NCBI RefSeq assembly: GCF_009914755.1 | Contig: NC_060928.1 | Length of the DNA stretch: 64,000 nt | Source of the DNA: the human T2T-CHM13v2.0 reference genome, Homo sapiens | Direction: 5' to 3' (one strand) | In this document: one piece after another, positions 47,999 through 64,000 of the stretch | Layout of the letters: each line of letters opens with the position of its first letter | How positions within the stretch are numbered: position 1 is the stretch's first letter | Notes under the pieces: generated by a model | The model's database searches: none | What the model was told of the DNA's origin: nothing | What the model saw: only the letters and a program-made list of their open reading frames with translations | Program-made: the position numbers and the translations under genes

Positions 47999-49320
47999 AA
48001 TAAAAAATACAAAGCGCCACTAATAACAGAGCTAGTAAAGATGGATGGGAATATAGGTGGAAGTACAATCCCCTTTTAATTGCAACAAGGTTCGCCAGGT
48101 TGCTTAGGGTTGGGCAAACTGGAGATCACTGACACGGAAAACAAGAAAACCCTTATTGTTTATAGCTGTTATGTATGAATAGGTTATTAGCCTTAGGAAA
48201 ATTATTTGTGCCGAATACGGCTTTTGAGTAAGCAAAAAATATTAACGTCAAGTTGAATGTAATTGAAGCGACTTATTGGGCGTGGGGTGGGGGGTGGGGG
48301 TTGAAAGCCCAAACATAAGGCGAGCACAGATAATTTATTTAACAAGGCTATGGGGTTGGTGGGGGGCTCGGAAAAAAATCAGCGGCGGAACCTGCTCTCA
48401 GCCACCTTGCACCAGGACACAAACACTGACTCAAAAATGAAACGAGTATCATCTCTAAGTGAATGTGAGTGCCAAGTAGAAAGCTCGTATCCGATTTATT
48501 ATCAAAACGTCTTTGTACCATTTTAACATCCATTCCAGGAAGAAAAAACCTATTGGGAATATGGTTAATTTGTAATTAAGTGCTATTTACCCAAATTAAA
48601 GAAACAGGTAACAAAAAATTTTAAAAGCCGGCGAAATACTATTTAATTTACTCAGGAACGCTTTAGAACTCTTTTAGTTGGTGGGTGGGAATGCGGGCGG
48701 GGAAGCGCACTAAGCCGAACGCTGGGGCAAAGGTTTCCTAAACAGTTACCGAGAGGTAACTCCCCCTTCATCTGGGACGTGGCTCAAGATTACAGGTGAT
48801 CGCGGTGCCCCGAGGCGCCAGGAGGCAACTTTCACCTGGGGGAGGCGCCGGGCGCCAGCGGGCCAAGCGGCCGGGCCGCGGAGCCCACTTCACTTGGGAG
48901 CTGCCCCAGGCCGGGGGTCGACACCGCGTCCCCTCCCTTAGCCTAGCTGCGACCCAGCTTTAGGGCCTAAGGGCAAATCGAGCGCTCGGTCCTCCCAGCG
49001 CCATGTGCGCGGCCCGCCCAGGCCCTTGGCCGCCGTCGCCGCGGGGGCAGGCCGCGAGCCAGCCGCGAGCCACAGAGGCCTGGTGCGCGCCCCGCCCCTG
49101 AGCCTGCAGTCGGGGCGGCCTCAGCCAGTGAGCCGGGAGTCGTCCCCTTCGTCCTCCCTCGCACTCGGAGGGCAGCTGGGGCGGGGCAGACCCTCGGGCC
49201 GGGCGGCACCCGGGCGGGCGAATCCGTCAGCTCCCGCGGGAGGCCCGGCGAGAGAAGGACCCGGTGAGTAGCCACGTCACGCTCCTCAGGGAGGCCCCGC
49301 CCCGTGCTCTCGGGCCGCCC

Positions 49321-49439
49321 CTCTTCGCCGTCTCCACGCCTCCGCGGGCAGTTACCAGCTTTGGCTGCTCGCGCCTCCCCAACTCGGGTAAAGCTCCTCG
49401 GCCTCGGCGTGCTGCGCCTCCGCGGCTGCCCTGCGCCAG
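49321..49439 (+). other. LARP1B: LARP1B non-coding first exon (start approximate)
   Basis: Strong CAG|gtgagg donor at 49439/49440, no ATG. Start inferred from the pyrimidine initiator-like CCTCTTC. Confidence 0.65.
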
Positions 49440-49731
49440 GTGAGGGCTCGCGGCTCCCGGCTGCGGCTCCCGGCGCGTGGTGGCGGGCTCGGGGCGTGCG
49501 TCGCGGAGAGGACGGGGCCGGCGGGCGGTTGGCGCTCCGTTCGGTGCGGGGAGGGGCGTCACGCCGGGCGCTGCGCGGCCTCGGCGGGCGGCGGCAGCGG
49601 CGGCCACGGCCGCCGGGCTCTCGGGTTGTCTGTCCCCAGTTGGAGCCGGCCGGTGTCCCGGCGGAGAGACGGGCAGTCGGGTTCCCTGGCCTCGGGGCCA
49701 CCCCGGCTGGGGCGGCTGGGGCAGAGGGACG

Positions 49732-50257
49732 ATGTCTACTCGCGCCCCGATGCCCGCCGCCCATTCTCGGGAGGATCCGCCCGCGGTGACTGCTGAGAGG
49801 GAGTCGCTGTTGGCCGCGGCGAACCGGCCGGCCGAGCAGCCGCCCCCGCCCGAATGTGAGGGCAAAGAGGCGGCGAGGGAGGAGAGGGCCGCGGCCGCCA
49901 CTAGCGCTGGGGCGCGGGGAGAGCCGTCGCCGGCGCTGGTGCTGGGACGCAGCGTGCCCCAGGCGGCTGTCCCCGTGAGGCCCCTGGCGCTGCACCTGGC
50001 GCACAAGGCGCGTGGGCCCGGGGGCCCTTTCGGCGGGGAGCCGCCACCGCCACCGCCGCCGCCGTCGCCGTTGCCGCCGTTGCTGCGGGATCCGCCGGCC
50101 GAGGACGCCCGGGAAGAGGTGGCAGCTGGCCCTGCGGAAAAGCGGCAGCCGCCGCTGCTGCCGCCTAAGGGAAATCCCTGGACCAAAAAGCCTCCCCAGC
50201 ACCTGTCCCCAGACACGACAGGTCCGCCACCGCCCCCGCTGGAAACCCTGGAGGCAG
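49732..50257 (+). CDS. LARP1B: Putative coding alternative first exon of LARP1B (MSTRAPMPAA...PPKGNPWTKK...LETLEA)
   Basis: ATG with A at -3, 175 open codons, GCAG|gtctgt phase-1 donor in frame with exon 62519, LARP1-like PPKxNPWTK motif. Confidence 0.7.
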
Positions 50258-50807
50258 GTCTGTGGTTGCTCTGCGTTGGGCACTGGCAGGGTGCGGGCAG
50301 GGGCGACTTGCGGGACTTGCCGGCGCGTGGCGGCGGTAGCGGGCACCAGGCCCGGGTAACGGCAGGCCTCCCCTCCCTGTCAGTCGGAGGTAATTTGTTC
50401 CAAGGTGTCATTCACTCTGCCTATTTACAGACATGGGCATCTGGGAAGGGAGCGGCAGGAAGAGGTGGGACCTCAGGTTCTCCTTGCCTGATGGGGGCAC
50501 GGAGGTGGTAGCTTGGCGGCGCATCCCTGCTGGCGCGGTTGCGATTGTGTTTTGTCCCCAGTGTTAGTGACTTGGGAAAGTAGCTAACTTTAGATACTGC
50601 AGTGCTTCGTATGGGAAAGTTTTGGTAGACTTTTTTTTTTTTTTTTTTTACATAAAAGGATTGAAGCAAGTCAGAGCAAGGGGATTTATTCGTAAGTGGA
50701 AGCGCGATTGTAGTCTTTTGTGAAATAAGATGAAAAAAGGTTTTCAAAACACTGCTGAGCAGTCATATTAAAAATGAGACTTTAAATGTGGTTTTTAAAG
50801 TGCTTTA

Positions 50808-50961
50808 TGGGGGGAGGGGGGAGGGATAGCATTAGGAGATATACCTAATGTTAAATGACGAGTTGATGGGTGCAGCACACCAACATGGCTGCACATGTAT
50901 ACATGTGTAACCTGCACGTTGTGCACATGTACCCTAAAACTTTAAGTATAATTAAAAAAAA
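50808..50961 (+). mobile_element. 5'-truncated L1PA 3' end
   Basis: ggatagcattaggagatatacctaatg..., perfect 12-bp TSD taaagtgcttta (50796-50807 / 50962-50973). Confidence 0.92.
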
Positions 50962-51351
50962 TAAAGTGCTTTAAGTTATAAGTGTGCTGGAAAATAATTG
51001 AAATAGGATAGTTGACATGCGAGCGTGGATTGCACGTTAGGTAAATGGTTTTCTAACATTGTCAGCTCTCCTTCCCTTTAGAGGAGATAAGATTATGCCA
51101 CTATATTTGAATGCTGACCAATGCTGTATGGCCGTCGGTGCTTTATTTTGATTGTAGTAACTGCAACTTAAGAAAGTAAAAATGGGCCGGCGCGGTGGCT
51201 CACGCCTGTAATCCCAGCACTTTGGGAGGCCGAGGCGGGCGGATCACCTGAGGTGAGGAGTTCGAGACCAGGCTGGCCAATATGGCGAAACCCCGTCTCT
51301 ACTAGAAATACGATCATTAGCCAGGCGTGGTGGCGGGCGCCTGTAATCTCA

Positions 51352-51941
<590 letters not shown>

Positions 51942-52201
51942 TTAGCAGCAGAACAAGAAATATTTGAGCGTGTTTACTGGCTTGTGAGGATCAAATGCGA
52001 TGAAGAGGTGGTATAAATGTAAGGCGATTGGCTGTGCGCGGTGGCACACGCCTGTAATCCCAGCACTTTGGGAGGCCGAGGCGGGTGGATCACCTGAGGT
52101 CAGGAGTTCGAGATCAGCCTGGCCAACATGGCGAAACCCCGTCTCTACTAAAAATACAAAAATTAGCCGGATATGGTGGTGCGTGCCTGTAATACCAGCT
52201 A

Positions 52202-52303
<102 letters not shown>

Positions 52304-53307
52304 TCAGTCTCAAAAAAAAAAAAAAAAAAAAAAAAGTACGGTGATTGTTACAAGCACCCATTATGTTATGTTAACATTTCTTCAGAGGAACTCTCCAAAG
52401 AGGGAGATATGTGTTGAGTTAATTCATTCATTTGCCTTTGCACAGAAATACTCCTCATTAATTGTTGATAAATTTTGACACTTGCAGAAAAAAAGTTTGC
52501 TCTGGATTTAATATTGGCATAATTCCTTCCTCGCTATAAAGAGCTGTTTGTTTACTCCTATTACTAACTAAAGAGAACATGGTTAAGTGAAGACCTCATA
52601 AAGTTTTTCTTTTTTTTCTTTTTTAAAGCCCAGTGGCAAGCACTCTAAAATTTAGCAAAGAAAGAAAACCCTAGTGAATCATCTTATTTGCTGTTTCACC
52701 TCTCTACTTCTAGACTTACAGACAATTAAGTGAATTACCAAGTAGGAACTCTTTGTTGATCATAAAACCAGTATCATAGATTTTAAAACTTCGAAGCCAT
52801 ACATGGTAGTGTGTGCCTGTAGTTTTAGCTCCCTGGGAGGCTGAGGCAGGAAAAATCAGTTTTGCCCAGGAGTTTGAGGCTGTAGTGTCCTGTCATAGTG
52901 CCTGTGAATAGCCACTGCATTCTAGCCTGGGCAATATAGCAAGACCACGTTTAAAATAATAATATTAATAATAATAATAATGATAATAGAACTTTAAAAA
53001 CTGTCAAGGTAAGCCTTGGGAACTTTAATTGCAAATGACCTGTGAAAAATATTTAACAGTTAAGCTATTGGTGCCTTCATTCTCCAGTCTTCACTGGAGA
53101 TTAAGAACACTGTGATACTAGTTGTATGGTATGGTTCATGGAAATTTCAGTTTTGCTGTTGTCTTGTGTAGGCAACTCTTTCTGTCTTTGGATGGAATCC
53201 ATTCTGCACTGGCAGGAAGACCATCTTTCAGACCTGGCATAGTGTAGTAATAGTGTAGTAACCATGGTCTCTTCCCAACACTGACTCTGCACTGTTCTCC
53301 CACAATT

Positions 53308-53311
53308 AATT

Positions 53312-53374
<63 letters not shown>

Positions 53375-53445
53375 CTCTCTCTCTCTCTTTCCTTTCTTTT
53401 CTTTTCTTTTCTTTTCTTTTCTTTTCTTTTCTTTTCTTTCTTTTT
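53308..53445. repeat. (TTTC)n/(TC)n/(TTTTC)n pyrimidine microsatellite at an Alu-monomer tail
   Basis: Direct reading. Confidence 0.95.
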
Positions 53446-54064
53446 TCAAGAGATGGAGTCTCTCTGTGTTTCCCAGGCTGGTCTTGAACTGCTGGCCTCA
53501 GGCGATCCTCCTGCTTCCCAAAGTGCAGGGATTACAGACATAATCAGGCTTTCTATTTTCTTAAGCAAATTTACAACTTCAGGAGTAAAGAAACAGGACC
53601 ACAGTCTATTTGCAGTTAAATAACTTAGGTAACTTAGATAAAAGAGATTGTGGTGTAGAAACATACTGTTTTGAGAGACTTGGGTTCTAGTGCAGGTATT
53701 GTTACTAACTGGCTAGTTGACTTCTGGCAAGATTTCTGGGCATTATAAATGAATAACATGGATAGACTCATTTCCTCTGGTTCATAATACCAGAGTGCCA
53801 CTTATAACCTGGCTGCCTTGGCTTCCATTTATATATTTATTTAATATTATTTAATTCATTTAAATAAATACATTTTACATTAGTTTATTTAAATAGGTAG
53901 ATAGATTGTCAGTCTTGCTCTATTGCAGTGGTGAGATCATAGCTCACTGCAGCCTTGACCTCCTGGACTCAAGCAATTCCCCTGCCTTGGCATCCCAAGT
54001 AGTTGGGATGACAGGCACGCATGTCATTCCATGGAATTAGCCATGCCCGGCTAGTTATTTTTAA

Positions 54065-54439
<375 letters not shown>

Positions 54440-54552
54440 TAGCCAGGATGGTCTCGATCTGCTGACCTCGTGATCCGCCGGCCTCGGCCTCCCAAAGTGC
54501 TAGGATTACAAGCGTGAGCCACTGCGCCCGGCCTTTTTTTTTTTTTTTTTGA

Positions 54553-54813
<261 letters not shown>

Positions 54814-55736
54814 TGAACCACCGTGCCTGGCCGGGCTTTCTATTTTCTTGCCATTTTTTTTTTTTTTTTTGAGACAGAGTCTTGCTCTGTCACCCAGGCA
54901 GGAGTGCAATGGCGCGATCTTGGCTCACTGCAACCCCCCACCTCCCAGGTTCGAGCAATTCTCCTGCCTCAGTCTCCTGAGTAGCTGGGACTACAGGCGC
55001 GCGCAACCATGGTTGCCCGGCTAATTATTTTTTTTTAATTTTTACTAGAGATGGGGTTTTACCACGTTGGCCAGGCTGGTCTCGAGCTCCTGACCTCAGT
55101 TGATGCGCCCGCTTCGGCCTCCCAAAGTGCTGGGATTACAGGGGTGAGCCACCATGGTTGACCTCAGGCTATTTTCTTAAGCAAATTTGCAACTTAAGAA
55201 GTAAAGAAATAGGACCAGAAGTTGTTTAAAGTTCACAGTGGGTACCTCTAAATCTATTAGTTATCTATTAGTGATTGTATAATTTATACTATATAAATTG
55301 TATAATTCTACAAAACAGGATGCTCTTTGAGAGAGAGAATTGTATTGAAATAACAGACTTAAATCAGGTCTATCCTGCTCAAACTTGGATTTACTGTTAC
55401 TCTGTTAATGAGGTAAAGGAATTCCATCCACAGAATTTTGCCAGGAAGTTTATTACTACAGTTAGAAACATAGGAAACACAGGGGAGAATATTTCAGGAC
55501 AGAAATTATGAATTTTCTCTACATTACAACCTGCACATCTAAGTGAACCAGATTCTTGATGCCTCGGCCCTTGTGAGAAATTTTCTTCCACTTTTAGGAT
55601 GATTTTGATCATGTGTTGCTGTTTCTAGAAATCCAGATGAGGCACTCTTCAGCCAAAGTTGCTGCCCACCCAAGAGGCCTTTTATCTTGAAATTTAGTCA
55701 TGAGACCAGAAGGAACTTCTCCCATCTGTGTCCTGA

Positions 55737-56141
<405 letters not shown>

Positions 56142-56769
56142 TAGCCAGGATGGTCTCGATCTCCTGACCTCGTGATCCACCCGCCTCGGCCTCCCAAAGT
56201 GCTGGGATTATAGGCGTGAGCCACTGCGCCCGGCCAATAATTTTTGTATATTTAGTAGAGATGGGGTGTCACCATGTTGGCCAGGCTGATCTTGAATTCT
56301 GGACCTCAGATGATTGACCCACCTTGGCCTCCCAAAGTGATGGGATTGCAGACATGAGCCACCACACCCGGCTTTTTTTTTTTTTTAAGAGACCGAGTCT
56401 CACTTTGTCACCCAGGCTAGCGTAGGAGTACAGTGACACAATCATAGCTCACTGCAGCCTAGAACTCCTGGGCCCAAGGGATCCTCCTGCCTCAGCTTCT
56501 CAAGTAGCTAGGACTACAGGCATGTGCCACCATGCCTGGCAAATTATTTTATTTTTGTTTTTTAAATTTAAAAATAGAGACAGTATCTTGCCATGTTGCC
56601 TAGGCTGGTCTCAGAACTCTTGAACTCAAGCTATTTTTATTTTTTTTTTGAGACAGGGTCTCACTATATTGCCCAGGCCCAGTCTTGAATTCTTGGCGGC
56701 CTCAAAGGATTCCCTGCCTCAGCCTCCCAAAGTGCTGCTATTACAGGTGTGAGCCTGGCCTGGCAGATT

Positions 56770-57704
56770 CCTTTTTTTCCCTCTTTTAAATAATTTATTT
56801 TAAACCTATTATATCACACAGTATGTTTTATACACTGACATATAACCCCCTAACAAGATAAAGCAAAGACAAAAAAGTTTATCTTATTAGAAGGAAGATA
56901 CACCATCACTTATTCTCTTCAAGCATTATTGCACTTTAACTTTTCTTAACTTGACAAAGCATTCATGAAGCAGTCTGCAGACTAGTTTTAACAGATAAAT
57001 AATACCTGTAAGCAGACATGATTGTCCTAAATTGTTTATTAGGTATGAATTTTACAAACTTTACTTATATTGGCTGTAACGGTGGAGCTGGAGAGTATTG
57101 CGCCTTCTCCAAGCTCCCTGGTGAGAACCACCAATAGTGTGGTGGCACTTAAGGCCCTTTCCAAGGCTATGGCTCTTTCGGCCTGCAGATGGCAGCCCAT
57201 GCATCTTCCTATGCTTGTGGACTGGTTTGGTGATCCATTGGGTGTCAGGATTTCTTCTGATAGCTTTATGGAATGGATCAATGAGGATAACCTCAAAAAA
57301 CTTGTATGTGGAATCTTCACCAACCCAGTGAGAATTCAGGACTTTTAGAGCCCCACAGTGGCATCCAGCTTGCCGCTTTGCAATGGACTGAAGACTTTGA
57401 GCAAACTTTAGCTGGTTAACACCATGATGGACAGGCTTGCCATAAGTTGCACCCTTAGGAACTGGGTGCTTTCGGCCACCATGGCGAACACGAATCCTAT
57501 ATATAACATAAACTTGGTTGGCCTTGTAGCCCAGCTGGTGCGCTTTATCAAGCCAGATGGGGTGGGGAGCCCTGTGGAGAGCAGAGAGCTGGTGGTACTG
57601 CCAGCAACCAACTCTCAGAAGAAAGTGCATTTTCTCCATAGCTCCTGGATTTACTTGTATGCCCCCATCTTGGCTTACCTGATGGCTGCTGCTAGACAGA
57701 AGGG
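56770..57704 (-). pseudogene. RPL15 processed pseudogene, antisense within LARP1B intron 1
   Basis: Intronless RPL15-like sequence ([53 protein letters not shown]). Original ATG at 57668 reads MGAYK then TAA. Inferred 16-nt deletion near codon 13 relative to recalled RPL15. Retains 5' UTR, 3' UTR with AATAAA (56794-56799) and an A-rich tail. Confidence 0.95.
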
Positions 57705-58155
57705 GCACGGATTCTTTTATTAAAATCACAATATGGGTTTATTAATCCCTTACTTGTATTTATGGTTGTTTTTTGCCTATTAAACATCAGCATTCTAGTA
57801 TAATTTCCATTCTTTTACTCATAACAATATGATGTTTAAAAAATACTGATTTTTTTCTGTCTTTTTTATTCTTATTTTTCTCGAACCCTATGTTCATCAT
57901 CAACCTCTTTTCTCCTACTATTTGGTTCATCAACCTTATTTTCTCCTGTTTGGTTCCTAGAAACCTCAAGTAAGCTTACTGTTGTTACCCTAATGAAATA
58001 CCATTTTAAGTAAGTTATATAGAAAAAATGCATAAATATATTCTCCTTACAAAAATGAAAAACTTTGATGTCATCTTAAGATAATTTACTGAGGCCGAGC
58101 GCAGTGGCTCACACCCGTAATCCCAGCACTTTGGGAGGCTGAGGTGGGCGGATCA

Positions 58156-58730
<575 letters not shown>

Positions 58731-59093
58731 TTAGGATGACCGGCTGTAGTGGCTCATACCTGTAATCCTAACACTCTGGGAGACCAAGGTGACCGGGGTT
58801 TGAGGACAGGAATTTGAGATCAGCCTGGGCAACATAGTGAAACCCTATCTCAATTAAAAAAAAAAATAGCTAAGGAGTGGTCCTAAATATGGCTGACATA
58901 GTTGATTTAGAGATTTACCTGTTGATTATCTTGATTTTTTTCATTTTTGTATCTAGAAGAAACTGAACATTTTTATACATATGTCTTATATCCATGTGTG
59001 CCTTTCTCTAGGGTAGATGCTGAGAAGTAGAATTGTTAGGTTATAGGGCATTTTTTAAGTTTATGAGTCACTTTTTATTTATTTATTTTTTAA

Positions 59094-59282
<189 letters not shown>

Positions 59283-59423
59283 TAATGGAGACGGAGTTTC
59301 ACTGTGTTAGCCAGGATGGTCTCGATCTCCTGACCTCGTGATCCGCCACCTCGGCCTCCCAAAGTGCTGGGATTACAGGCGTGAGCCACCGCACTGGCCT
59401 TTACAAGTTGCTTTTTAAAGTAA

Positions 59424-59696
<273 letters not shown>

Positions 59697-59969
59697 TGAA
59701 CTCCTGACCTCAGGTGATCCACCTGCCTCAGCCTCCCAAAGTGCTGGGATTACAGGCATGAGCCACCGCGCCTGGCCATTCTTTCACATTTTAAAAAGCA
59801 CTAATTTTTACCACATTTTCCCTTAAATATGATAAGATGTGAAATATTGATATCATCAGTGCATTTTCTTAATTAAAATTTTGCCAAAAGATTATGGTCA
59901 TAAGAATTAAGCTGAGTGAAATAGGCTCTGCTGTGTTGTAGCTTTTGTTTAAAGTATCCTAGCCCTTAA

Positions 59970-60293
<324 letters not shown>

Positions 60294-60601
60294 TAATCTG
60301 CCTGCGTTGGCCTCCCAAAGTGGTGGGATTATAGGCGTGAGCCACTGTGCCCGGCCTAAGAGTAACATTTTAAAGATAGTGAAATAATGCTCAAAAAAGA
60401 TGTACTGGTATATAGTGTCTGTCTTACTAATGATGTTTGAAAAATGGAGATATGTTTTAAATTTTTAAATTTAAAACAATTTCCTCAACTGGCTTGCTAT
60501 TTCAGTCTTAGGTGTTCTCTAATGACATGCAGCATGATTTCCTCCATGTTAAAACATGAGAAAATGAAAAATTTCCTTTCTTAGGCTTCTTTTACTTGTA
60601 A

Positions 60602-60736
<135 letters not shown>

Positions 60737-61183
60737 TAAGTAGCTGGGATTACAGGCATGCGCCACCACACCTGGTTAATTTTTGTTTTTTTAGTAGAGA
60801 TGGGGTTTCGTCATTTTGGCCAGGCTGGTCTTGAACTCCTGGCCTCAAGAGATCTGCCTGCCTTGGCCTCCCAAAGCTGTTTGGATTACAGGTGTGAGCC
60901 ACTGAGCCTGGCCTGTATATATAAAATTATATTTAAAACCTGGTGGACTTCTTTCCATGTCAATACATATACAGCTTTGTCTGATTTCTAAAAGTTATAT
61001 AGTATTCTGTGTATTATTACGTAGAGACTGTTTAAATAGGATTATCAACAAAGTTGCACTGAACATCCTATATGGACATCTTTGTACCTTTTCTTGATTC
61101 CTAGATAATTTCCTGAAAATGGAATTCTTTTATTAAAAGTTATATACATTTTAGATGACAGATTACCCTTGAAAGATATACTA

Positions 61184-61531
<348 letters not shown>

Positions 61532-61624
61532 TTACCAACAGCAAACAGCATGAGAGAAATAAAGAGACTCTGTCTCAAAAAAAAAAAAGTTGTATTTGTA
61601 ATTTTCTCCTGTTATATTGTTGTC

Positions 61625-61668
<44 letters not shown>

Positions 61669-61887
61669 GACAGAGTCTAGCTCTGTCGCCCCAGCTGGAG
61701 TGCAGTGGTGCAATCTAGGCTCACTGCAACCTCCACCTCCCAGGTTCAAGCGATTCTCCTGCCTCAGCCTTCTGAGTAGCTGGGACTATGGGCATGTGCT
61801 ACCACACTGGGCTAATTTTTCTATTTTTAGTAGAGATGGGGTTTCACCATGTTGGCCAGGCTGGTCTCAAACTCCTGACTCCAGTGA

Positions 61888-62163
<276 letters not shown>

Positions 62164-62518
62164 TGATTTTGTATTTTTAGTAGAGACGGGGTTTCTCCAT
62201 GTTGGTCAGGCCGGTCTCGAACTCCTGACCTCAGGTGATCCACCCACCTCGGCCTCCCAAAGTGCTGGGATTACAGGCGTGAGCCACCCCGCCCGGCAAC
62301 ACTGTTAATATTTCTTACTTCTTGATTTGGAGACTGAAGATCACCTTGAATCTATGTGTCAAATGGGGTTGATTTTTTGCTAGGAATTTAAGTCTCAGAA
62401 CCTTGGATTTTGGTTGGAAATGATGATTATACTGATTTACTGAAATTGACATAATAGTTATTTTGTTGAATTTATTGAATGAAGTAGTTGTAAAAACAAT
62501 TCTATATATTTTCTTTAG

Positions 62519-62577
62519 AATTCGGTTCCCTCAAAATTATAAAGGCAGGAAAGCTCAAGACAAAGAAATCCAACAAG
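62519..62577 (+). CDS. LARP1B: LARP1B exon 2 (5' UTR in the short form; EFGSLKIIKAGKLKTKKSNK in the extended form)
   Basis: ttctttag| acceptor, AAG|gtatgt donor, 59 nt, open in frame with the next exon. Confidence 0.8.
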
Positions 62578-62992
62578 GTATGTCTTCATAGGAAATAGTT
62601 CTTAACTGTATTGATTTTTGAAAATTGAGGCTAAGAACTCTTAGGTTATTATAAGTGTATTTTTCTTCTAATTGTATTATTGGTATTAGATTAAAGTTAA
62701 TATTATGGAAAATCATAACCTTTATCCAAATCTCTATATATGCCTTTGTTATCATGTATAACTCAATTTAATGTTATTAAATAGTGGTGAAAGTTTTATC
62801 ATAAGATTAAGCCATTCTTATTTCAAAATGTTCTATTGTTTGCAGAAACTTTTTGATTAATTTGGCAGATGCCTGCATATAACTGAATATAAATGATTAT
62901 TTAAAACTCCTTTCACTTTTAGAAAATGTTTTTTTCCTGCTTAAAATTTCTAAAAGTAATTTCAGACCTAACACTTATTTGTTACTTCTTAG

Positions 62993-63052
62993 GCTAGTGA
63001 TTTCAGTGATATGGAGAATTGGCCAACACCAAGTGAATTAGTGAACACTGGA
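62993..63052 (+). CDS. LARP1B: LARP1B exon with the commonly annotated start (ASDFSD-MENWPTPSELVNTG; ATG at 63011)
   Basis: cttcttag| acceptor, GGA|gtgagt donor. MENWPTPSELVNTG recognised as the LARP1B N-terminus. The gene continues beyond the window. Confidence 0.9.
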
Positions 63053-63083
63053 GTGAGTATTGTTTTAAAGTTTTTTTTTTTAA

Positions 63084-63383
<300 letters not shown>

Positions 63384-64000
63384 TGATCCTCCTGCCTCAG
63401 CCTCCCAAAATGTTGAGATTACAGTATGAGCTACCATTCTGGCTGAGGAACAGATTTAAAAACTTGATTCATCAAGAAGATTACATTTTGTTACTTTAAT
63501 TTGCAGTTATTCTTCGATGCTGCCAGTAACATTGGTAATGAACTTGTTGTCTTAAGCTTTACTCATGGGAAGCTTAACCTAACCTATTATTTCTTTCTTT
63601 CTTTTCTTTTTTTTTTTTTCCTTTGAGATAGGGTCTCACTCCATTACCCAGGCTGGAGTGCAGTGATGTGATCACAGCTCACTGCAGCCTTGGCCTTCCA
63701 GGCTCAGGTGATCCTCCACCTTTGCCTCCCAAGTGACTGGGACTACAGGTGTGTGCCACCACACTGGGAGATTTTTAAACTTTTTGTAGAGATGGGGGTT
63801 TGGTCATGTTGCCCAGGCTGGTATCAAACTCCTGAGCTCAAGCAATTGGCTCGCCTCAGCCTCCCAAAGTGCTGGGATTATAGGCGTTAGCCACCATACC
63901 TCGCCTATTATTTCTTTAATAATGAAGACATATTATAAATTGTAATCAAATTTTTATATTTGTATAAAATCACATACATTGATAAAGAGGTGCTGAAAAC

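Larger units (their letters stand above)
48690..50540. promoter_or_regulatory. LARP1B: CpG island / promoter of LARP1B
   Basis: Abrupt, very GC- and CpG-rich non-repeat block with GC boxes (e.g. ccccgccc about 49295), CCACGTCA at 49272-49279 and three splice donors. Confidence 0.93.

Noticed and set aside
48967-50411. 459-aa and 394-aa minus-strand ORFs in the CpG island
   Set aside because: Low-complexity Arg/Pro/Gly/Ala translations expected from stop-poor GC-rich DNA opposite the + strand exon; no recognisable domain.
50258-50511. Unspliced continuation of the 344-aa ORF 49477..50511
   Set aside because: LARP1-like similarity continues only through the splice donor at 50257; the remainder reads as intron.

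Overview
Primate (very likely human) genomic DNA, extremely Alu-dense, with no prokaryotic features. Nearly all ORFs in the supplied track are Alu or GC-rich artefacts. Two + strand spliced genes are recognisable. (1) The last six coding exons and 3' UTR of ABHD18 (C4orf29), an alpha/beta-hydrolase with a GISMG nucleophile motif, at 5400-23847. (2) The CpG-island promoter and first exons of LARP1B (about 48700-63052), with an antisense RPL15 processed pseudogene in intron 1. Between them lie a solo LTR12C-type LTR, an MLT2A LTR, a MER4A LTR and DNA-transposon fossils. The strongest finding is an ATG-initiated 175-codon exon in the LARP1B CpG island. It splices in frame through the '5' UTR' exons into the usual MENWPTPSEL start and predicts a 201-aa N-terminal extension resembling the LARP1 N-terminus. 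Other candidates: a TCT/TOP-like LARP1B start, a 45-nt ABHD18 cassette exon giving a new C-terminus, apparent gene conversion between two inverted Alus, and reciprocal Alu orientation-switch junctions. Gene and repeat names come from recalled sequences, not from a search.
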